This document shows positions 33,201-45,200 of a stretch of DNA of 64,000 bases, in pieces. This stretch comes from Owenia fusiformis. Its lineage: Eukaryota. The translations under genes were made by a program, and so were the position numbers. The notes beneath the pieces were generated by a model. It was not told the origin of the DNA and did no database searches. It was given only the letters and a program-made list of their open reading frames with translations. The stretch covers positions 13,268,001-13,332,000 of the forward strand of contig CAIIXF020000001.1 of assembly GCA_903813345.2 (NCBI GenBank). Reading direction: 5' to 3'. Within the stretch, counting starts at the first letter, position 1; each line of letters starts with the position of its first letter.

Positions 33201-36200
33201 ACTGGATGAAACCAACTTTATATTTTTAGTTAGGGATCTCAATTAGTAAAAATATCATCACATTTTAGATCCTACGAAAAATTCTATTTGCACACAATGC
33301 TAGGAAATATGGAAAATTTCTTCTCGACAAACGACGCAACTGCTGAATCATTGAAAGTAAGTCTATATATTTGCCTGGAAATCATTTGTGACTACCTTTT
33401 ACCAGTGGGATTAATGGGGTCTAGGTGGTATAATAAGCTTACAAATGCATAAAGCTAAAGTTACAACTATTTTGAGTAAAGTATTTTTGATGTAGAAAAC
33501 TGGTAGCCATATTTTCCCATTTACTAGTATAAAACACTTTTTTTCGCGATACGGGGAAATGAAAATGCCTTAACATTTACCAAGAATGCCGAAAAACTAA
33601 TCAGTTCTAAACTTTTATAGGTAGAAACATCCCTGAGAATTCCAAATGAATCCCTCAAACGGTTTGGCTGGAAACCTGTAGACAAGCCTTGACAGACAAG
33701 ATTTTAGGACGGAAATCCAAAATGGCCGTCTTAACATTTATCCAGAATGTCGAAAAATTAATCAGTTCTAAACTTTATAGGTAGAAACATCCCTGAGAAT
33801 TTCAAATGAGTCCCTCAAACGGTTTGGCTGAAAACCTGTAGACAAGATTATTCGGGAGCCCCCCCCCCCCCGCCCAACCGCCCGCCCGCTCAACCGCCCG
33901 GCAAACTGATTACAATATAGCACCTTAGGGTATAAAACACTTTTTTCGCGATACGGGAAAATGAAAAAATCCATATTCCAGTTTTCCTCCATCAACAATA
34001 TTTCTCAAGTTGAAAGATATGTGTCAAGGAGTCATGAATATGAAAATATAGAGCACGAAGTGAGGTTGACAATTAAGGAATACATTTCTCGGCATCATGG
34101 CAATCAATAAGAATTTATGTTATTCAATTAGCTCTTTAAACTACTGCTTTTAGTAATGATCATTATAGCTAAAGATACAGATCTTCAAAGATATTCGTCA
34201 CAATGTCTTGGTTCTTTGCCCACTTTAAGATACTACTATTAAAACTTCTTATGATACTTAAGCAGCACTTTGATATTTAGGAAGGAATGCGTCATAGTCC
34301 ATGGAAAGTAATACAAGGACTTCTTTTTTGTTTTTGTTGAACATGAAGTAGCAGAAATATATTGTTACTAATAACCTAGCTCCACGCGTGAGCTCGTGGT
34401 TCGGAATTTGAAAATTTGTCCGCTTTGGGGATCAACCTATTTTTCGTTGTACTCAAGATATAGATTCTTGTATAAGTACCTGTGCAAGATGAGCTTTGAT
34501 AATTCTTCTTCATCGAACCGAAGAATAGACCATGCATATTGCACAAGTTCGAGTACAAGAAAGATGATCTCATATGACTCTGTATTATGCCATATTTTCA
34601 CATTTTTATTATAAAAACAAACTGTGAATTCTCCATAGTAATTTTACAATAAACAGCTTATCCCCATAGCGGACAAATCTTCCGATCCCATCTCGTTATT
34701 TTAGGCATTTGGAATGATTTGCGGGTTGTATTTGGCTGCAATATGAACAAAAGTTCGCTGGTGCATGCTATTTACCCGATGAATAAACTGATTTATATCT
34801 CGTAAATCAAAGTTCCAAAAACATATCTATCATTCTACAAAGACAATTTAAAAAAAATAATAGTTTCTTATGAAGATTTATGGCTCCTAATCTAGCTGCA
34901 TGCCACGATAAATGTTTCCAATGGGAAAACATATATGATATAGTGATAGAGTAATCGCATTTAACTTTCTTTGTACAGAGTCCTATCTACTCTATACCTG
35001 ATCAGGTATTTCATTTAAAAGTGCGTAGCGATCAAACCGATTTATCATGATTATTTAAATAGGAAAAAACTTGTTCACTGCAGTTGATTTTAATTAGGTT
35101 GTTCAAATGTATAATTTTATTTTATCGTTGGAAGACTTTGAATTTCAGTGACCATTTTTCAAGGTTTATTTCCTTAACATTAATGATTGGATCTTTCTTA
35201 GAGAAAAATAACCTACCCTTAAAATGAATGATGTAGCATGGACCCAAAAGTATGCAGAACATAAACGCAATGGTCGATGTAAGAAAATAAATGAAGCTTA
35301 CAGGTATATATCTTATATGAAATTGGTATTTAAAAATCACGATCAATCAAATCAATTTAGTTCTTAGATAATCTGGAGTTTACTTAAATATAAAACCTTC
35401 TAAATAGCTTAATATAACTGACATAAAATATGTCAGTGTCACCCTTGTCATTCTTCGTTTTGTTTGGGCCAGACTGCCATAGCCTCCCATGTTATAAACT
35501 TGCAATAGTCACTTAATTTAATGATTAATGAAAACGTGTTGGTTGAATCTGTCTTAACTTAGAATAGCATACCATTAGATGACCCTGCCAATAATTGATC
35601 ATGAAATGTTTGGTTGTCAAATTAATAAACCAAAGTTTTTAAGAATTGCTTCAAGCTTGCTTGAGATTTGGCCCATGTTTTTAAAACGTCATGGAAAATG
35701 ATTTTAAAAATGACGTAAATGTATAAATCAAAGTTATTGTTGTAGAAAACCTTTCAAATATGGAATTAAATAGAAAAACAGTTAGTTGTAAGAGGTTAAA
35801 AGTGCAAATCTCTTTGATATCTCAATGAAAAACGAGAATTAGCGAGATTTCAAAGCTATATGGAAACTCCTCGCAGCCTTTTCGAAACCTGACAAAATCA
35901 AATGTTGCATTTTGGGGTTTGATTTACATTTGATTTTGATTTAATCAATTGATGAATCTTCAAAACTGAAAAGCAATGGGGTGATACCCGTTTATTTAAT
36001 ACACTTCACACACTACATTCTAGAAATATTTCATTATGTTTACTGTACGAACTCTTTTTCAGGAATCGTTTCATAAATCCAATATAAGTCAGGGGATCAG
36101 AAATACAATTTGCAATCACAAGTTATGAATTACTTTATCTAGTTAATCAAAAACGTCAACTTAAGAATTCATAGCTCTTTCGGAAATTCCTGATTACTCT

Positions 36201-39200
36201 CGATACACAAATCCATTGCACTTTAAGACACCTTCTGGCTTCCCATCACCAAAATAAACATAAGAAAGTAGAATTCAATCATTTTAGTTTTACCCCGTGC
36301 CTAATTCAAATAAAAGCTTGTTAGCCTCATTCTAATCTCCTTAATCGGAACATTAAAAGAATGGTTCTCCAAAGAAATATGAGCCACTTTGGCCAATTTT
36401 GGCCTCATGAGATTATATTGTTTGATTACAACTGGGATAAAGAAAATTAACTTCATCCTAGATTCAACCGCGCGGTCTTAAATCTCCCGATTCGAAATAT
36501 GTACAAATGAAAATTCCCGAAGACCTATTGCGATATAAAAAGCCATCTTGTCTTAGACCCGCCAATGACGTTCAAAGAGTCTTCATACGAGTAATTATTA
36601 AATGATCTACAGGTTGTCAATTAAATCCCTTCCCCCATGCTACAGCTAAAACCTTAATATATGGTACCTAGTGTGATATACCATTGGAAAGATGATTCAG
36701 TTATGTTAACTTACATTGTACCAACTCTCAAGTATTCTGGATGAAATTCACCTATATTTTCATGATGTCTTTTATAGTTAGTGTACTCTCCTTAAGCAGC
36801 TTTCATTGCGTCAAAATGAGAAGGATATGAACTCAGAAATACGTCAAAAAGCTAACCCTTTTCGCATTCCACTTGTTACAAAAAGGTTTTCTCCACTTTC
36901 CTTGCACCTTTGTTTTCTACTTATCCAACCCTATCAAGAAATTGGTTTAATATTCACTGCCTTATACATAGATTGTCATTTTTAGGTCCTTTGACTTTTC
37001 TGATACTCGATTCTTAAAATCCTGCCAAATACGCCAAATCGCCATGTTTCTAGGTCTATGGTCACCTCAATTGATACGATGTAAAGTTTGTGACATTGAT
37101 TGACATGTATTAGATTTATGCCAATCAACGTAACTTTGGAAGACCTTTCCAATGATATGTCACACTTGGTACCATATATCTTGGTTTTGGCTGTAGAGGG
37201 GGGGGGGGCGGGACTTATTTGACACCCTGTATTATATTTTCAGGATGGTTCGCAGTGTATTCTGTATCACCTCCTCAAAGCAGGAAATTCGTCAAAGAAA
37301 TGGAACCTGAGTTGCAATGAGACGGAAGACTCCTTTTTGAAACACGACCACGAAGATTATCCATCAACGTTGACATCTGGGCAGAAAGTGTATGCTTATA
37401 TTACACCTATCATTATTTGTATCGGAGTTATAGGAAATCTGCTCTCAGTCAGAATCTTCTTGTCATGGAAAAAGCGTAAATTGCCTATCAACCATTACTT
37501 AACGGTACTTTCCGCATCAGATTTGATTGTCCTGCTCACATATGTTCTTCTGGATTGGATGAGAAAAGGACTTCCACATTTGCCCGGTCACGTTGTGCAC
37601 AACGTCATCGACACAGAAGGGGTTTGTCAGTTTTACTTATTAATCTCTTATGGCGCCCGATTTCTGTCCGTCTGGATCATAGTTAGTCTTACGATCGAAA
37701 GATACACGGTCATATGTTACCCGATTAGGAGTAGGATCTTCACTTCGAAAACTCTTAAGGTCGTTGCAACACTTGGTGCATTGTCCTTGATATTCTCCGT
37801 AACAAAAGCTTCCATTAGTGGAATACATGAAACGGTACCTGGTGGAGAAATATATAAATGTACCTACAAACCGGGTTATAAAGCTGGATCGTTTATACTG
37901 GACTATATTTTTGCCCTATTTACAACCTTGGTACCATTTTTTGTCATCGCGTGTCTAAATGTGATGATCATTAAGAATCTGAACCCATGTATTGGTAGGA
38001 ATACTTTACATGCTTCGACAAACAGAGTTTTCGGTTCGAGGCTACTCCGCCATCAAGTTGAATTAACAGTTACTTTGCTCACGATTTCAACTTCATTCGT
38101 ACTGCTCAACCTTCCTTACTTTGTCGCTTGGCTCACACAACATTCCATGCCTGAATATCGTAATATGGACACGTTTGCAGAGCTTATGAACGACCACCAA
38201 CAATTACAAGGATTTTTACTAATTTCGAAAACAATATATTACCTTAATTTCTGTTCTAACTTTTTCCTCTATTGCATCACTGGTTCTAATTACAGACGCG
38301 CATTGATTTCACTGTTCCAATGTCACCATGAGACGCATTTCATTCACGATCAGAGATCAACGACAGGAAGAGCTTTCTCAACACAAGTGACATCATTAAG
38401 TAGAGCGTCATTAACAAGCACGGTTTATTCGGGAACTTCCGTGAAAGGATCGTGCATGTATCTCACAGAGTTGAGGACTAATCGACGAATTATACAGACT
38501 ACCGCGGAGTGATATTCATGGTGATAATTGTGTGATTTGATTGATGTAAAAACCAGAACATGATTTCACAATATTTTCAGATGTTAAGTAAATAATACAG
38601 TTCTCAAATGCAGATCCACGAAACAAGTGTTTGTTTCGTGGATATTTCATAGTTTTTTCGATGTTAAGTTGTTCCTCAGACACTCTAAGTAACGGATCTG
38701 TAACGACAGCAAGTTGCTACTACGGCCCAGCTGTAGTGGCTTAAGCCTTTATAGCTCAGTTGGTAGAGCATCAGTCTTTGGATCCAGGGGTCCTAGGTTC
38801 GACTTTCTTTCAATTTCTTTTATCCGGCTTGTTACAATTTTGTAACAAACCTCCATTGTATTTCAATAACTGCTGTTTATGTTCATCAAGCTCTATGTAC
38901 TATTTAAAGGAATATTCCTTGCCAGACCCGTTCTCTCTTGATATGGTAGCTATAATCATATATATAGTTTCCATATTTAGCAAAACATGGGAAAATGTTT
39001 TAATGTGGTCAATATTGATCATTTAAACACCTAGTGCTTATTTCCAGTGAGCTGCCATCTTTTAAGATTTCTTGCAGGAAGTGATGTCATCAACTCTCAA
39101 CTTCTATAACCTTTCCCATAACAGTAGAGAAAAGTAGCACAAAATCACTACAGACAAGTGATCATTAATTTCTGTGCAAAAATATTTTCAGGGCTTGTCA

Positions 39201-42200
39201 ACTTAGAATAAAAGAAGAGATTTTCAGAAGGATTAAATAAGATACAAAGTTGAAAAAGAATATTTAGCTGGTTTTGTAATTCTTAATAGCTCCTCACCTA
39301 ATGCTATATGCAAAGTTGAGACTCGATGACACCACTTCCTGTTTGACATTTTAAAAGATGGCAGCTTACTGGAATTACCCAAATGCGAGTAGGTAGTTAC
39401 CAGTTTCACCACCAGGTGGCTGATTCGGGTCAATTAACATGGCAGGTATATAAGAAAGTTCCCTTAAACTTGAATATTATCAAATTAAGTGGCTCAATTT
39501 TCATATAACCCTTATGCGTCTGATACTTATACTAATGAAAATATGTCCAGTAAAGCAAAATATTATCTGTCCACTAAAAGAAAAGATATTTCATTTTTTG
39601 TGATTTTATAGCATGGGGTCTATGGGGAATCTCCCCGAGCTAGAAGTCACATTTTAAAAGAAAATTAATTTTTCAAAGTTGATAAGCACTTTTTAAAACC
39701 ATATTTCTACATGTAATTTTACATGTAGATTTTAAATATGATATTACTTTGACTGAATTTTGAATTTTTAATGATGTAAAGTAAGATTATTTCTACTCGC
39801 ATCTGGGTTATTGAGCATCACATTTCTAAGTGATCAAATATCAAAACATTTTTGCTAAACATGGCAAGCATATATATGGTTATAGCTACCATATGAGGAG
39901 AGAGATGGTTTGGCAAGGAATATTCCTTTAAGTGTAGTATTTATGCTTGGGTCACATTTGCTCTGATCCATCGGCCGGCGCCCGGCCGATTGACTGTTTT
40001 ATTCAATACTGTATTCAATTTTGAACATAATACTCAATCGCCCGGGCGCATTAGTAAAAATCGGAGCAAATGTGACCAAAGCATTACATATGCATGATCT
40101 ATTATTGTTAACATTACTCTCTTTGCTTAAATCGAACAGCAACATATATTTATGTGTATATGCATTTAAGTGTGTCTATTGAAAACTATTAATGTGGCAA
40201 CTGCTCAGCATTGCTGGCTGTTCATTGATTGTTTAAACATTACTTTTGTGAGTTTGGTATTCAACTTTTCATATAAATACCAGGTTTTTACGCAGATCCA
40301 GGCAGTGTTGCTGGGGGTTTCCTGACAAGGTATGGTGTAACTGTCATAGCCAAGGTCACGGCATGGATAGATTGTATGTTAGGAAAATTGATAAATTGCC
40401 TTCAAGACTTCAATGTTGGTCTAATCATGTGTGTTAAGGTGTTACGAGTGTTTATTAATTCAGTCACAGCCATTTACTTTGCTTTTTAAGCAATTAGTCG
40501 AGATGTTACCCATAATTTCTCAAATTGCCTTCATTTTCTTCATTTCCCCCTATCAAGGTAATTATCCCAAAGTCCCATCGAGTGCCTGGCCCATCAGTCT
40601 TCAAATTCTTCAATGCTTAGCTTCACACCCCTTTGAAACCATTCAGTCTTCATTTTCTTCATTTCCCCCTATCAAGGTAATTATCCCAAAGTCCCATCGA
40701 GTGCGTGCCTGACCCATCAGTCTTCAAATTCTTCAACACTAAGCTTCACTCCCCTTTGAAACCATTCAGTCTTCATTTTCTTCATTTCCCCCTATCAAGG
40801 TAATTATCCCAAAGTCCCATCGAGTGCCTGGGCCAACAGTCTTCAAATTCTTCAATGCTTAGCTTCACTCCCCTTTGAAACCATTCAGTCTTCATTTTCT
40901 TCATTTCCCCCTATCAAGGTAATTATTCCAAAGTCCAATCGAGTGCCTGGGCCAGCAGTCTTCAAATTCTTCACTCCCCTTTGAAACCATTCAGTCTTCA
41001 TTTTCTTCATTTCCCCTATCAAGGTAACTATTCAAAAGCCTCATCGAGTGCCTGGCCCATCAGTCTTCAGATTCTTCAATTATTCTTCAACCCTTAGCTT
41101 TATTCCCCTTTAACACCATTCGCCTTAGCACACAAACACCATCTACTAATTGTTATTTCATACATCTTCAGATACCAATAAATATACAGTATTACATTAT
41201 TTTGTACAGAACTTACTTCTCATGTTCACATTTTATGGGTTTGTTAGCTTGGAATCCCTACAACTACCCTTCATGTTTCAGTAAGACCCTAATACACCAT
41301 TTTGGTTTCAAAATAAACTACTCCCTCTTATACTGGCTTGCCGCGTCCATAATTAAAGGGAAAGTATTTTACACTATACTTAAAGTGCCTGATAAACTAT
41401 AAAATGCGCATGCGTCCAGGTGTTGATAAACTATAAATAGCGAAAACCCAGGGTTTGTCATCACAAGGTAAGCCAGGACGTGTTGAGCGAACATCTAGTG
41501 TTGATATTGAATTTACATGTAGCCAGATAAGTTTCCTTATTGAAATTACATATAGTTATTAGCAATACTTTGTAGGTGATAATTAATAAAATATGAGTAT
41601 ATATGAGAGAAATTGGCCATTTCGAACCTGTTGAAAGTTTGTGGCTCTCGGCTACACCGGGGAATTTACTTCCATGAGTACAGACACAAATGTGGGGCTC
41701 CCCAAAAGGTACGCGAGAATGTGACCTGGCATCAAATGTACGACTAAATGCTTCTATCGAGTAGATAAAAGAACGAATACGACAATAAGTTATTGCAAAC
41801 GACAATTCCGAGCATTCATCTCACTGAAGTATTTTGAAGTGAAGAAAATATGATTTTTGTTTTGAAACATGGATTCAGATGAACGTAACTTCATTCTGAC
41901 AACTAATCAAAACTGAACAAAATTGATTATACGTAACAGACGATTTATTGTTTTACAATGTTTTGATCGGCTAAACGAATGAAACCAAGAAATTATGACA
42001 TGTAAAATGGCAATTTTGAAATGTAAAATTTAAAAGTGACAAACACAACCTCCATATCCACTCTTTATGAGCCCTAATATGTACATGCAGCAGTGGTAGT
42101 GTACAGCTTATTATCACACTACTGGGCTTTGTATTCTAAAGCTTGTTGTTTTTAATAACACTGTTCACTCGACGTAAATGTTTTGTGTGTGCGCAGTCAA

Positions 42201-45200
42201 CGATAATCATTGTTTTATCCCGGTTATATGACCTCGGCAATTATAACAAAACGGTACTAAACGAAAAAACGCAAATAAGAGAAAGCTTTCACACACATAT
42301 AAAAAATGAACTAGTCTAATCCGCCAGTATAAACTTAGTCCAACAACATTAGACCTAGCCCGGGCCTCGTTTCTTATCTGACATGTGTTATGGCCCGGCT
42401 AGGTCTAACCTCCATGACCATTTTGCCTTTGATGCGTTAATTTAATCGTTCAGCAGGTTTCGACAAGCGGAACAAATTAAACCCTGAAAACATGGCAATA
42501 TTACACAAAGAATGTGATTCAAACATGCATACATACCTTATAAACACATACACCCCGTCCCGTATCCCCCTTAGACCCTATTGATGCATAATTACGAAAA
42601 TATTGGAGACAGGTTTGGAATATGACGAAAATGTCGGTCAGTTTCGGTAACATCGAAATTGCAAATCGTTTCAGGAATTAACCGTCATCACGGCACTGCA
42701 TTAACGAACAGCGGGTTTGCAATTAATAACTATTTTGCGTGTATACACGCGCTATATAAATTAATCAAAGATACCTGTTATCCTCAAAATTGATCTTTTT
42801 ATCCCGAGTAATCGCGATAATAATTATCAATCTATTTGACAACAATTTCGTTTCGCTGGTAGTTTAATTTTACGATCCGGGACACTCAGACGAACAGACA
42901 CAATGACTGACATGCGGAAATGTCACTTTAGAGATTGGTAAGTGTAGCCTCATTTTACTCGTATAAATGAACATTTAACACAAAAATATTGTGTTAAATC
43001 GCTTGATGTTATGTGTTTTTATATTATTGTCAAGTATCAGTTGCACGTTATCGCGGAAAAATGGTTTCGATGGATTCAGAACTTGCATCAAAGGAAAGAA
43101 TAGTAAGGAGGTTAAACTCAATAATGGCCCCAAGAAAATTCCTAATAATAAAGAACGCCGTTATTGAGTTTAACGACGTTGAACTAGTATAAACTCTGTT
43201 ATATACGTAGCCAGGTCGGGCGCACACTTTAAGAAATATAGACCGAAGAGCAGGGCTACTAGTTTCGAATACACCCCGCAGGTCTAGGCACAAACGTTTT
43301 CTGTTCGAAAGCTTTTGTGCCTAGACCTAAGGGGTGTATTCGAAACTAGTAACCCCGCTCTGAGGCCTATATTACGATTCGAACATGAAAGCTCACCAGA
43401 ATATTGCAAAATCGTCAATTTCGATGCTCATTTCCACTTTTTTCATTTCTACTTCCGGTTGAGCGTTTGGCTGTTCTAATTTGTTTACTTACCTCCTGAC
43501 CCCGACTTAAGTTTTTTAATGACATTTCGGCCTATTTTAGTGGTTTCACGCATACCTACCACATTGATTATTATTGAAATTATTGGGATTACAGTTTACA
43601 AATGCTCCGACGGAAAATTTTGGCTCCGGACAATTTCTCCCTGCCATTTTGAATTTTGCAGACGAGAGGGGGATGCGAAAAGAACGGAACGGCCTAAACT
43701 GATCGAGTGCACTGAACGAAACACTTAGTACACAGCCGGGGAATTGATCTCGAATATAACCCAGCTGAAGTATTGACTTTGTTCACAGTTTATAGAAGTC
43801 ATGAATACAGTTATGTTCGAATCGTTAGTTAGTCATTCCCCCTGGGTGCCCTCGGGTCATTACATTGGTGTCAGATGTGGGATCAAAGCATTGGTTGTAT
43901 CCTTTGCGCCGTGTGTGTGGAAGTCACTGCTAGGGAAAGCAGGGCTGACCACGAGGGGTTGTCCTTTCAAAGGGGGAGATAGTGTAACGACCCTGGAGGC
44001 CGTTTCTCGAAAGTTTCGTTATTAACGATTTTCCGTTTCTCGAAAGTTAACGATTCGTGATGACGTCATGGTTTTTTCGTTATCCATGATTGATTTTACG
44101 AGTGCGAATGGGAATCTCCTTATTCCATTAACGATGCGGTGTCCATAGAAACGAATCCACGATTCGTTGATAAAGATAAGTTTCGAGAAACGGCCTTCGG
44201 GATAGCAAGTTGCTACTACGGCCAAAATGTAGTGGCTTACGCATTTATAGCTCAGTTGGTAAAGCATCACTGGATCCAAGGGTACTAGATTCGATTCCCA
44301 CACGGGGCATTGAATTTAGCACACTTTTAATTTCTTTGTTCGACTTGTTACACTAAACTCGTTAGTAAGCCATTCCCTTGGGTCCCCAACTTCAACTTCG
44401 AACAATTGCGACCATTGATGTGTGATATTATTCTGTCCATTAGACCCTTAATACAATGTATTAACCATACCTCTGCGACCCAAACCCTTGAGTTCAATTC
44501 CCATATCAATGACACCGTTTGAACAGTTTCTTAGTTCGTAGAATTTATTTGCAGAGTTAATTAATCAGCACACGGTGGCGCAAAATCAATTATTTAACAA
44601 GGTTTATACGTCAGTTCATCCTGATTAAGTGAAGGAATTTCTAAATTATTACGATACATGAGACGATCATTGCTGTTTATCAAGAGCATATTCGCGACAC
44701 GTCCAAATGAAGAAGATGGGATTTAATATTTAACTTTAATTTTTATGCATCAAAATCATTGGTTTAACAAAAAGTGTCAACAGGGGTGGCAGCATCTTTG
44801 GTCCAAGGGTATTTCAATTCTTTCTATATAGCTGCTACATCAGTGACGCCAGATCTTGAAGGATGGGGTGGCAGCTCTGAGACCATGGGATCATTGCTAT
44901 GTGGGCCTTTTAAATACTGAACGATGTATTTGCAAATGCTAAATGGGCACCATGGACAAGCTTTAGGATCTCGAGGGATCCGAGATTGAGATTTCATGTC
45001 AAACATTCTAATGAAGACATGATCCCTTGAGACATGTACAATAATGAGGAACAGGAATAGTTCCACTATAAGTCTGACTTGCTACACTTATTACTATAAT
45101 AAGGTATGGCTGGTATTACCACTTAGATCTTTAGAAGAATGATATGTTCTTCATCTTCTATCCTTTCCGAACCATGATCTAAAGGGGATACATACCAACA

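Noticed and set aside
38745-38810. tRNA gene
   Set aside because: A and B boxes are present but there is no 3' acceptor-stem partner; it sits inside an LTR-like repeat.
40431-40712. 93-aa ORF with internal repeat
   Set aside because: Translation of the 119-bp tandem repeat; no homology or splice support.
44241-44310. tRNA gene or standalone SINE
   Set aside because: The anticodon arm is truncated and the acceptor stem does not pair. Homology with the 38699 copy extends upstream of the tRNA-like part to a TGTAAC LTR start.
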